Positions 1-7,384 of a stretch of 12,552 bases of DNA are shown here, piece after piece (the stretch's first letter is position 1; each line of letters opens with the position of its first letter). The notes under the pieces are model-generated. The model was given only the letters and a program-made list of their open reading frames with translations. It did no database searches and was not told the origin of the DNA. The DNA lies in the UHGV virus genome UHGV-1671563. One strand, written 5' to 3'. Position numbers and translations under genes: made by a program. The DNA comes from a virus.

Positions 1-678
1 ATTGTCCAGAAAAGCTGATTTATCCTGGATATCTGCACCGTTCTGATTTTTCGCCAGACGTGAATTTGCGTTGTCATTTGCTGCCTTGACCGCTTTTGGC
101 GTTGCCGCCAGCTTTTCACTGGTGCTGTTTGTTGCACTGCTTAACTGAGTAAAACCTTTTTCTGTCAGCGTGGCGTCAGGATGGCGGCGGGACTGCTCAT
201 GCTCTGCGATTTTGTCATCGACGTAATCCTGCGTCGCCATCACTGTGCTGGCATCAATACTCAGCTCAACGGACGCCACGTTGCTGAGAATAATAACCAT
301 GCGGCAGGTCTGCGCACGCCCGGAGCCTTCAGCGAGTTCAGGCTTATAGCTTTCCGCCATGTTGGCGACCGCAATCAGTGTTCCGGCATCGTCATACAGA
401 CCAAGTTCACGCATCCAGAAGCCGCCCACTTCTGGCGGTACAACCAGTTCAGCCACGATATAGTTTTTATTCTTGTTATCCACGCTGACTTTATTCAGAG
501 CGTGACGCCAGACCTCATGCACCAGTTTCGTCTGACCGGCATCCGGCACCGGCAATTTGCCATTACCGTCACCCACGGCCATTGCAGACAGGTTTACTTT
601 TTTCCCGCCGGGGACAGTGGCGGCTGCCAGCTTTGCGGCTCCGGCAGTAGTGATAACGGTTTTAAATTTCGTGCTCAT
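1..678 (-). CDS. H: Tail fibre protein gpH, N-terminal 226 codons only (5' partial gene; continues beyond window start)
   Basis: ATG at 678..676 (minus) with no in-frame stop down to position 1; absent from the ORF track because it runs off the edge. My translation begins MSTKFKTVITTAGAAKLAAATVPGGKKVNLSAMAVGDGNGKLPVPDAGQTKLVHEVWRHALNKVSVDNKNKNY, which matches my recollection of the P2 gpH N-terminus. Position directly downstream of I fits P2 gene order. Confidence 0.9.
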   Translation of the reverse strand, partial: MSTKFKTVITTAGAAKLAAATVPGGKKVNLSAMAVGDGNGKLPVPDAGQTKLVHEVWRHALNKVSVDNKNKNYIVAELVVPPEVGGFWMRELGLYDDAGTLIAVANMAESYKPELAEGSGRAQTCRMVIILSNVASVELSIDASTVMATQDYVDDKIAEHEQSRRHPDATLTEKGFTQLSSATNSTSEKLAATPKAVKAANDNANSRLAKNQNGADIQDKSAFLDN

Positions 679-688
679 TGTTTCTCAC

Positions 689-1219
689 TTATCCGGGATA
701 AACAGTAATAACATCACCATCACAGACCACACCGCCTGTATACAGATAGCCGGGAATGTCCTGGATAATGTTCAGACCGATAAGGTGGCGACTTGCGGGT
801 TTGGCATCGGCAATCAGCCGTTCCATTTCCAGATACATCTCCTCTGTGATACCGCTTTCCAGCACACCGATATCAAGGCGAAAGGTTCCGGGCGGGTCGT
901 TTGTCTCCCACCATTCCTTTACGTTAATGAGATAGCCGAGCGGCTCCACCACACGCCGGATTGCGCCTATAGTGCCCTTATGGCAGTGAATGAAATACGC
1001 ATCGCGGATAACAGCGCGTTTTGTCGCTTCCGGCCACTTTTCATCCCACCTGTCGACCGAAAACGCCCACGCCAGCCACGGCAGCAGATTTGCCGGACAG
1101 GTGCCCGGGTTCCACAGCTCACGAATACTGACCGGTGTCTTTTCAATTTCCGCACAGGCTTTTGCGGCAGCAACTTCAAGCGGTGATGAGCCGGTCGGCA
1201 GCAGTCGCGAATCACTCAT
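689..1219 (-). CDS. I: Baseplate assembly protein gpI (176 aa)
   Basis: 176-aa ORF, same length and position as P2 gpI between J and H; start overlaps J stop by 8 nt; GGAGG about 10 nt upstream of ATG. Confidence 0.9.
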   Translation of the reverse strand: MSDSRLLPTGSSPLEVAAAKACAEIEKTPVSIRELWNPGTCPANLLPWLAWAFSVDRWDEKWPEATKRAVIRDAYFIHCHKGTIGAIRRVVEPLGYLINVKEWWETNDPPGTFRLDIGVLESGITEEMYLEMERLIADAKPASRHLIGLNIIQDIPGYLYTGGVVCDGDVITVYPG

Positions 1220-2120
1220 CCGAGCCTCCGGTCACGACGCGGTATTCGGTACAGAAAGACGCCTGCGTACTGTTGAGCACGATGTCGGCCAGCGGTGCAG
1301 TCAGTTCGACACGCTGCACGCCTTCCACATGCAAAGCGGCATAAATGGCAGACAGACGGATGTCACGCCCCAGCCGGTGCTGTGCCGTGATATACGCTTC
1401 CAGTTTTTTTACGGCGGCAGCGCGGATGGGTTCGCTTTCGGGACCAGGGTAAAGGTAAAGCGTGGCGTTTATCTGGTATTCAACAATGGCGGCAGACTGC
1501 ACGGTCACGCGGTCGGCCACCGGCCTGACGTCCTCGCCATTAAGGGCATTACGCACCACGGCCAGCAGGTCTTCGGATGCGACACCGTTATTTTCACGTG
1601 ACAGCACGGAGATGGTGACGCAGGCCGGAGACGGACTGGTGACAGAGATATCCGCGACACGCCCGTCGGCACTGCGACCATGATACTGATAGGCACCCAC
1701 CGACCCGGCAACGCTTAAACCTTCAAACGCCTGCTGAATACGCAGACGATAATCCGTGTCAGATTCCATCACTGCCGGTGTCGGCGGGATGGTCGAATCA
1801 TCTGCCGGGGTGATAGTCAGGCGCGTGGTGTTGTAATTGGCACCAATCACATCAAGGTCATTACCGGCGGCACAGGCCAGCATCACCGCCCGTGCGGCCT
1901 CATTCACACGCTGACGCCAGATAAGCTCACGATAAGCGTTTTCTTCCAGCAGTTTGACGAGAGGCTCGGATTCCAGTGTCAGGGTACGGGCGACAGCCTC
2001 CTGCTGGTCTTCCGGGTAAAGGGAAATCAGTGTCGCCTTGCGTTCAGCGAGAATGGTTTCAAAGTCCAGCTCCTCGACCACATCCGGTGCGGGTAGCTGG
2101 TTCAGGTCGATAATCGGCAT
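1212..2120 (-). CDS. J: Baseplate assembly (wedge) protein gpJ (302 aa)
   Basis: 302-aa ORF, length and order match P2 gpJ; begins 5 nt after W stop. Confidence 0.9.
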   Translation of the reverse strand: MPIIDLNQLPAPDVVEELDFETILAERKATLISLYPEDQQEAVARTLTLESEPLVKLLEENAYRELIWRQRVNEAARAVMLACAAGNDLDVIGANYNTTRLTITPADDSTIPPTPAVMESDTDYRLRIQQAFEGLSVAGSVGAYQYHGRSADGRVADISVTSPSPACVTISVLSRENNGVASEDLLAVVRNALNGEDVRPVADRVTVQSAAIVEYQINATLYLYPGPESEPIRAAAVKKLEAYITAQHRLGRDIRLSAIYAALHVEGVQRVELTAPLADIVLNSTQASFCTEYRVVTGGSDE

Positions 2121-2124
2121 GGTT

Positions 2125-2472
2125 TCAACTCACAGGGATGGTTAATGAAAGTGGCTGGCCGGTGTCGTTGTGCTGGCCGGTTAACGTGACCGTCATTCGC
2201 CCGTCAAAACTGCGCGCCGTGGTGACGGATGACAGGGTGACGCGGGGCTCCCATTTCAGTACCGCCATGTAACAGGCGACCTTAATCTGCAACTCAAGCG
2301 CCGGGGTCTGCGGCTGGTCAATCATTGACGCCAGCAACGAGCCGTAATCACGACGCATCACCCGTGAGCCGACCGGCGTGCGCAGGATATCGCCGATACT
2401 CTGGCTGATATGCTCAAGGTCAGTGACCGTCAGGCCATCACTGCGATTCATTCCGAGATAACGCGCTGTCAT
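2125..2472 (-). CDS. W: Baseplate wedge protein gpW (115 aa, T4 gp25-like)
   Basis: 115-aa ORF matching P2 gpW in length and position; start ATG overlaps V stop (ATGA). Confidence 0.9.
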   Translation of the reverse strand: MTARYLGMNRSDGLTVTDLEHISQSIGDILRTPVGSRVMRRDYGSLLASMIDQPQTPALELQIKVACYMAVLKWEPRVTLSSVTTARSFDGRMTVTLTGQHNDTGQPLSLTIPVS

Positions 2473-3104
2473 AAAGGACTCCCGGTTGTGCCGCCGCTGT
2501 CGCCGGGGTGTTTATGGGTATGCAGTACCTTACCGTTTGATGAGAGTTCACCGCCGGTGTGTTCAATGTTGCCGCGCATCGTCCCGCCCTTCTGTACTTC
2601 CAGCGTGCCGGTAATCAGCCTGTTGGTGCAGACCACCTCCGGCGTGTCCAGGGTGATGCGGGTTGATGCTTTCACCATGACCACCGGCACCGTGGCAGTA
2701 ACAGAATCAGAAGCCGTCACGCTGGCCGTTTTAACTCCGCTTACCGTGAGCGCGCTGGTTTCAGGTTCATACTCAATCACCGCCCCGTCAGGGAAACGGA
2801 TATGCAGGGCATCCGCCGACGCAGACGGCGCGGGGTTATCGCCGGAATAAATCCCCGGCAGAACGAACGCCGTGTCGAGTTCACCACCCACGGCCAGAAT
2901 CAGCACCTGTTCCCCCACGGAAGGTGCCCACCATGTGCGCGAACGACCGGCGCGATGGGTCAGCCACTGAAGCCAGTCGGTGCACATGCCGCCGGTCTGC
3001 ACACGGCAGCGACCGGCATTAAGGTCGGTTTCGACGATAATGCCGGTGCGGATCATGTTGCGCAGTGCGCGCGCGAGTTCCTGAATATTTGCGAGAGTGT
3101 TCAT
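2469..3104 (-). CDS. V: Baseplate spike/assembly protein gpV (211 aa)
   Basis: 211-aa ORF, length and position match P2 gpV; first gene after the 66-bp S-V spacer, consistent with being first gene of the V-W-J-I-H transcription unit. Confidence 0.9.
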   Translation of the reverse strand: MNTLANIQELARALRNMIRTGIIVETDLNAGRCRVQTGGMCTDWLQWLTHRAGRSRTWWAPSVGEQVLILAVGGELDTAFVLPGIYSGDNPAPSASADALHIRFPDGAVIEYEPETSALTVSGVKTASVTASDSVTATVPVVMVKASTRITLDTPEVVCTNRLITGTLEVQKGGTMRGNIEHTGGELSSNGKVLHTHKHPGDSGGTTGSPL

Positions 3105-3170
3105 AACGGGAAGGATGCCGCCGGGTCATACCGGCGGCAATGTGACGATGAGGTGTCAGGAATGGCACAA
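3105..3170 (-). promoter_or_regulatory. S-V intergenic spacer; expected location of the Ogr-dependent late promoter for V (P2 PV) and V leader
   Basis: Only non-coding gap in the tail gene block; in P2 a late promoter lies upstream of V. Exact -10/-35 and activator site not resolved by eye. Confidence 0.45.
3116..3139. repeat. Perfect 9-bp inverted repeat TGCCGCCGG-N6-CCGGCGGCA (GC-rich hairpin or palindromic protein site) 12-35 nt upstream of V start
   Basis: Read directly: 3116..3124 tgccgccgg, spacer gtcata, 3131..3139 ccggcggca is its exact reverse complement. No U-tract follows on either strand. Confidence 0.85.
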
Positions 3171-3623
3171 CTAACGGTCGAGGTGAGCCAGGATAATCTC
3201 TTCAATCATCTGCACATCCTCACCGGTAAAGCCGAGCAGAGGACGCGTCGGATAATCAATTTTCTTACCGTCTTTCCGGGTTTCTTCCGACAGACCGAAC
3301 TGATGCACACTGGCGATTTTCGGTGACTTTCCGCCGTAAAACTCCATTGATGCCTGTTCCGGGCTGGCGCGGATATGCAAAAAACGACTGGTGATAAGTT
3401 TCGCAAACATTTTTCGCTTAACACGACCGGTCTTTTTTCTGGCGCTCTGCTGCTGGCGTGGTGCGTAGGGTGTGCCGTCCGGGGCTTTCTGTGCCATCAC
3501 CCGGCGCTGCTGACTCTGCCGCAGGCGCTTCGCCAGTTCGGCACTCAGTCGCCGACGCCCTGACGGTGACAGCGACTCAATCAGTCCGGTCAGCCGGTCT
3601 TCAAAACGCTTAAACTCATTCAT
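3171..3623 (-). CDS. S: Tail completion protein gpS (150 aa)
   Basis: 150-aa ORF matching P2 gpS length and order; start overlaps R stop by 8 nt. Confidence 0.9.
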   Translation of the reverse strand: MNEFKRFEDRLTGLIESLSPSGRRRLSAELAKRLRQSQQRRVMAQKAPDGTPYAPRQQQSARKKTGRVKRKMFAKLITSRFLHIRASPEQASMEFYGGKSPKIASVHQFGLSEETRKDGKKIDYPTRPLLGFTGEDVQMIEEIILAHLDR

Positions 3624-4083
3624 CCCACTTGCTCACCAGTTCGCCATTGATATAAAGCTCCATCGGGCGGATGACCGGCTCCGGCGGCGGAGGTTCCGGG
3701 ATATTCTTCACATGCAGTGCGCCGTCCACCTCACTGACCAGCGTGCGCTCGGTCAGCATCAGGCTGATGCTGATATCAAAGCTGCTGTCATTGTTGATGT
3801 CCGCATAAAACGTGAAGCCCTTTTTCTGGCCTTCGTCGGTGGTCATGATGTCGGGCTGATTTTCCCGCAGCCACGCCAGCACCGGCACGATGAGCAGGTC
3901 AAAATCACCGGTAAAGTCGGTCACAATGACATTGAGCGTGTAACGCTTTTCGAATGACAGCGACGTCGCCAGCGTGGAGGCAATACTCCCGTTATCCACG
4001 AATATCCGCAGCATATCGGGGTTAGTTTTCAGCACCGTGACGGCATCAGTCAGCGCCCTGCGCAGGCTGTCGGGTTTGAGCAT
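3616..4083 (-). CDS. R: Tail completion protein gpR (155 aa)
   Basis: 155-aa ORF matching P2 gpR length and order, immediately after the lysis genes. Confidence 0.9.
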   Translation of the reverse strand: MLKPDSLRRALTDAVTVLKTNPDMLRIFVDNGSIASTLATSLSFEKRYTLNVIVTDFTGDFDLLIVPVLAWLRENQPDIMTTDEGQKKGFTFYADINNDSSFDISISLMLTERTLVSEVDGALHVKNIPEPPPPEPVIRPMELYINGELVSKWDE

Positions 4084-4336
4084 CGTTTTCGTCCTGACAG
4101 TGTTTAATCATTTTTACCTGGCTGGCACAGCGCGCCAGCGCGTTCTCAAGCTGCCGGATATCGGCACTTAAATCACCGTTCGTCTCCGGGTCGCTGCCCG
4201 GCATCGGGCAAAGACTCACTTTCGGGCAGGCGTTGTGGACAATCACTGGCGTCGGTGCAGGCGGGGCGCTGGTGCAACCGGCGCACAGCATCAGGCAGGT
4301 CAGCACCGTACCAGCGGCGAAAATCTTCGTTTTCAT
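4046..4336 (-). CDS. lysC: Outer-membrane lipoprotein spanin LysC (Rz1-like o-spanin, 96 aa), embedded out of frame in lysB 3' end and R 5' end
   Basis: 96-aa ORF in alternate frame; N-terminal signal with cysteine lipobox region (TCLMLCAGC) followed by a proline-rich stretch (SAPPAPTPV), typical of Rz1-type spanins; same length and embedded arrangement as P2 LysC. Confidence 0.8.
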   Translation of the reverse strand: MKTKIFAAGTVLTCLMLCAGCTSAPPAPTPVIVHNACPKVSLCPMPGSDPETNGDLSADIRQLENALARCASQVKMIKHCQDENDAQTRQPAQGAD

Positions 4337-4616
4337 TCAGTAACCTCGTGATGGTTTTCTCGCGCTGTGCTTCACGCTTCGCGGCGTTCTCCAGTTCCTG
4401 ACGCAGTGCCACCTGCGCCAGCTCGTTTTTGTCTGCCCTGGTGAGGGCAACATGAAGCTGATTTTTCAGCATGGTGATGGTCGTCTGCTGTTCACTGGCG
4501 ACGTTGTTCGCCCTGTCCAGCGAAGCGCGCAGGCTGGCATTTTTGTGTTTCACCAGAAACAGACCGGACACCGCCAGCGATAACAACACGACCAGCACAA
4601 TCATCAGCTTTGACAT
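4173..4616 (-). CDS. lysB: Inner-membrane spanin LysB (Rz-like i-spanin, 147 aa from first ATG; 143 aa if the start is the Met at 4604..4602)
   Basis: N-terminal transmembrane helix (MIVLVVLLSLAVSGLFLV) followed by a charged, probably coiled-coil region; position after lysA as in P2. The first ATG overlaps the lysA 3' end by 13 nt; the second Met overlaps the lysA stop as TGATG. Confidence 0.85.
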   Translation of the reverse strand: MSKLMIVLVVLLSLAVSGLFLVKHKNASLRASLDRANNVASEQQTTITMLKNQLHVALTRADKNELAQVALRQELENAAKREAQREKTITRLLNENEDFRRWYGADLPDAVRRLHQRPACTDASDCPQRLPESESLPDAGQRPGDER

Positions 4617-5029
4617 GGTTCCCGCCCCTCAAGACGCTGACGGCAGGCCGTACATATCAGCCGGAAGAACACCGATGCCACGAGATAAATCAGCGCGGTA
4701 AAAATCCACCCGGCAGCGACCAGCGAGATAAACGTCGCCACCATCACTACCAGAGCCGCCGCCCGTCTGCGCCACGGCACCGGCTGCAAAAACAGCGACG
4801 TGACAATCTTCACGGCCAGCGATTCCGGCGGCAGCTCCCGCCCGTAGCGTTCCAGTACATACTCCGTGGCATACACGCCGACACCACCGGCAACCACACA
4901 GATAACCGTCGCCAGAATCGCCCAGGCAGCGACAAAACTGACGGCCACGCTCTGCGGGTAAATCAGGGACAGTGCCAGCATCAGCGCCAGCGACACGTTC
5001 AGCATCAGTGAAAGGGATAATTTCTTCAT
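4604..5029 (-). CDS. lysA: Lysis timing/antiholin-like membrane protein LysA (141 aa)
   Basis: 141-aa ORF, strongly hydrophobic with about 4 predicted TM segments; length and position identical to P2 LysA; GGAG RBS in the 14-bp K-lysA gap. Confidence 0.85.
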   Translation of the reverse strand: MKKLSLSLMLNVSLALMLALSLIYPQSVAVSFVAAWAILATVICVVAGGVGVYATEYVLERYGRELPPESLAVKIVTSLFLQPVPWRRRAAALVVMVATFISLVAAGWIFTALIYLVASVFFRLICTACRQRLEGREPCQS

Positions 5030-5043
5030 GGTGTTGACTCCGT

Positions 5044-5541
5044 TTAAGCCGGTACGCCGCCAGCGGTACGCCAGACGGTGACCAGTTTTTCCAGTGAATG
5101 CTCACGCTGACCGTAACCGGCTCCCGGCAGGGACGCCCAGATATTGCGACAGCGTGAAATGGCGCGCTCAATGCGTCCCGCCCGGATGTCATCCAGTGCA
5201 CCGCGTTCGCGGATCAACTGAATGGCGAGTCTGTCCTGTGACAACGGACTGAAATCCGGCAGGGCAAGCTGTTTGCGGTAGTGCGGCCAGAACAGGTAAA
5301 GCTGCTGATAGCGACCGGAGGCCGTGGATTTTTCACCGCGACGGTTAAACACCTTCGCCGGTCGGCCATGTGCGAACGGGTGGTCACTGTAGTCGGTGAA
5401 AATTTCCGGCTTTCCGTCCAGTCCGGTGACTATCACGTCATAGCCCCGGTTTTTCGTCAGCGGATGGTTCGCCGTCCCTTCGGACACGGCCAGCATGTCG
5501 AGAAAGGCGGCGATATTCTGATGCGTGTTAATTACCGGCAT
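5044..5541 (-). CDS. K: Endolysin gpK, phage lambda R-family lysozyme/lytic transglycosylase (165 aa)
   Basis: Shares motifs with lambda R as I recall it: FLDMLAVSEGT (catalytic Glu), GYDVIV, FTDYSDHP, GRYQ, YRKQL, DFSP, NIWASLPGAGYGQ. 165 aa as in P2 gpK; start overlaps Y stop (TAATG). Confidence 0.95.
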   Translation of the reverse strand: MPVINTHQNIAAFLDMLAVSEGTANHPLTKNRGYDVIVTGLDGKPEIFTDYSDHPFAHGRPAKVFNRRGEKSTASGRYQQLYLFWPHYRKQLALPDFSPLSQDRLAIQLIRERGALDDIRAGRIERAISRCRNIWASLPGAGYGQREHSLEKLVTVWRTAGGVPA

Positions 5542-5822
5542 TACGGTTTCCCCCTGCCCTTAAAGCGGCGCTGAATGGCAATCTCAATCACCTGATAACC
5601 GGCGATACCCAGCATGGAGCCGATGCCGCACACCGCAGGCAGTGACAGGTCAGGAAACTGCACCAGAACAACACCGGCAACCATCGAGACAAAACCACCG
5701 AGCAACATGCGCCCGATAAACAGACGCGGGGTGATGGGTTCACCACCGGCAAGCACCTTGCCGACAACAATCAGCACCCCAATCATGAAAAGCGACAGGA
5801 CGCTTTTTTCTTCTGCTGTCAT
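5541..5822 (-). CDS. Y: Holin gpY (93 aa)
   Basis: 93-aa ORF with hydrophobic TM segments and a basic C-terminal tail (RRFKGRGKP); immediately upstream of the endolysin; same length as P2 gpY. Confidence 0.9.
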   Translation of the reverse strand: MTAEEKSVLSLFMIGVLIVVGKVLAGGEPITPRLFIGRMLLGGFVSMVAGVVLVQFPDLSLPAVCGIGSMLGIAGYQVIEIAIQRRFKGRGKP

Positions 5823-5825
5823 GCG

Positions 5826-6029
5826 TTACTCCCACAGATTGACAGTTTCAGCCACGGGCGCGGTCTGAACGTCGGGCAGTTCGACGGCGGTGCCATGTGG
5901 CAGCACCGCCCCCAGTTCAGCCAGTCCCGAATTTGCGGCGAGCACGGTCTCAACCACGCCCTCAGTGCGCCCGTAATACCGGACACAAATGGCGTCGAGC
6001 GTGTCGCCCTGTAGCGCAAAGGTCTTCAT
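5826..6029 (-). CDS. X: Essential tail protein gpX (67 aa, LysM-like)
   Basis: ORF track shows a 90-aa frame; the internal Met giving MKTFALQGDTLDAICVRYYGRTEGVVETVLAAN... yields 67 aa as in P2 gpX, and that ATG overlaps the L stop (ATGA). Confidence 0.9.
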   Translation of the reverse strand: MKTFALQGDTLDAICVRYYGRTEGVVETVLAANSGLAELGAVLPHGTAVELPDVQTAPVAETVNLWE

Positions 6030-6538
6030 CAGATTTGACTCACGATGCAGCGCGGCTTGCCCTGGATGCGCGCCACCGCCCAGCGCATATCCCGCCACAG
6101 CTCATCAATGGTGCTGTCAATGCTGTCGGCCTTCTTGTCGCCTTTCGCACTGGCATCCACGCCGCGATAACGCTCATAAAGCGACGCGGTCGCCATCGCA
6201 CACACGGCGCGCTCGTAGTAAAAAACTTTGATGCTTTCACCGTCGATGTCGTCCGCCGGAACGTCCGCCAGACACGTAAAACCGGCGGCAATTTTCTGTT
6301 CGCGGTATTCGTACAGCTCCGCATTCGTCTCCGCCATGCCTGACTTGATGGCCTCACGCAGACGGGCGGGGGCGACGGTCTGCTCAAGGCGCATACGTTC
6401 CCGGACGCGCTTCGGGTCGATATCGGGAAAAAAGAACGTGTTTTTAATCACCGGCTCGTCGCCTGCCGGTTGCGGGATGACCACCGTCCCCTCACCGGAC
6501 ACGGGAGCCTCCTTTCGCGGAATAATCAGCGTCATCAT
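6029..6538 (-). CDS. L: Head completion/stabilisation protein gpL (169 aa)
   Basis: ORF track frame is 189 aa; start assigned to the tandem Met (MMTLIIPRKEAPVSG...) at 6538..6536, which has a GAGG RBS upstream and gives 169 aa as in P2 gpL. Confidence 0.9.
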   Translation of the reverse strand: MMTLIIPRKEAPVSGEGTVVIPQPAGDEPVIKNTFFFPDIDPKRVRERMRLEQTVAPARLREAIKSGMAETNAELYEYREQKIAAGFTCLADVPADDIDGESIKVFYYERAVCAMATASLYERYRGVDASAKGDKKADSIDSTIDELWRDMRWAVARIQGKPRCIVSQI

Positions 6539-6637
6539 GACTACCTCTGAAAAGTCGGGCGGTGGACGCCGGTGCAGTGTCAGGTGATTCACCCTCACTG
6601 ACCGGCGTGCCGCCCTGGCGCGGGGCGCATTCGGTTG

Positions 6638-7381
6638 TTAACTGGCTTTCTTTTTCGGGCGTCCACGTTTTGCCGGTGTCACGCTCCGGGTCTTACGCGG
6701 GGCGCTGGTGACCGCTTTTGGCTGCGGCTCCGGCTTCGGTTTCAGCTCCCGCTCCAGTCGTTCAATCTCTTTTTTGACGCCTGCCTGACAGTCGAGCTGT
6801 GTCGCACGTTGCAGGTGAGCCAGCGCACCGGCGGCATCACCAGCGTCACGCAGAAACAGACCGGTGATTTTGTGCAGCTTTGCGCGCACTTCATCAGGCA
6901 TGTCTGCCGTGGCGGTCAGTGCAAGGGTCTCCGTCAGCAGGCGGGTATCCACGGATTCACCGGCAGCGTGGGCACGCATGGCCGCGAGCGCCACTTCCTC
7001 GGTGAACATGTACGGCGGGGTGCGGCGGTGTTTACCCGGCATGGTCAGACCGTACTTCAGGGCATAACGGGCAATCTCCAGCGCACCGGCAATATCGCCG
7101 GTATCCAGACGCCACAGCATGACCGTCATCAGAATGTCATCCTGTGCACCTTTGCCCTGCTCCAGCACGCCGTTCACCCACGGCAACCAGAACGGCAGCA
7201 GTTCGCGCTTTTTCGCGGCCTTCAGCTCTTTTGAATAAATCGCTTTCAGTGTGCGCTGGTCTGCGGCGAGCTTAACCAGCATCTGCTCATAGACAGTTGC
7301 ATGTCGCAGCGGGGCGGCTTCCCGCTGCGCGGTCATCGCTGCCGAGACCCGCATCATGTGGCGCTGTGCGGGACTCGTCAT
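6638..7381 (-). CDS. M: Terminase small (endonuclease/DNA-recognition) subunit gpM (247 aa)
   Basis: 247-aa ORF with lysine/arginine-rich C-terminus; length and position match P2 gpM; GGGAG RBS; begins 3 nt after N stop. Confidence 0.9.
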   Translation of the reverse strand: MTSPAQRHMMRVSAAMTAQREAAPLRHATVYEQMLVKLAADQRTLKAIYSKELKAAKKRELLPFWLPWVNGVLEQGKGAQDDILMTVMLWRLDTGDIAGALEIARYALKYGLTMPGKHRRTPPYMFTEEVALAAMRAHAAGESVDTRLLTETLALTATADMPDEVRAKLHKITGLFLRDAGDAAGALAHLQRATQLDCQAGVKKEIERLERELKPKPEPQPKAVTSAPRKTRSVTPAKRGRPKKKAS

Positions 7382-7384
7382 CGG

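Noticed and set aside
181-708. 175-aa plus-strand ORF antisense to the tail fibre gene H
   Set aside because: Lies entirely opposite a gene whose product I recognise; no RBS or promoter context; long antisense frames are expected by chance in GC-rich coding DNA.
557-1601. Plus-strand ORFs of 209 and 203 aa (557..1186, 990..1601) antisense to H/I/J
   Set aside because: Opposite-strand frames across recognised baseplate genes; arginine/cysteine-rich, low-complexity translations typical of non-coding frames.
4629-5201. 190-aa minus-strand ORF overlapping lysA and K in another frame
   Set aside because: Same-strand alternate frame of two recognised genes; translation rich in Arg/Gly/Cys with no recognisable motif; unlike lysC it has no signal peptide, lipobox or known P2 counterpart.
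6635-7234. 199-aa plus-strand ORF antisense to terminase small subunit M (also 6040..6387 and 6228..6587 frames over L)
   Set aside because: Antisense or alternate frames over recognised genes, with no independent start context.
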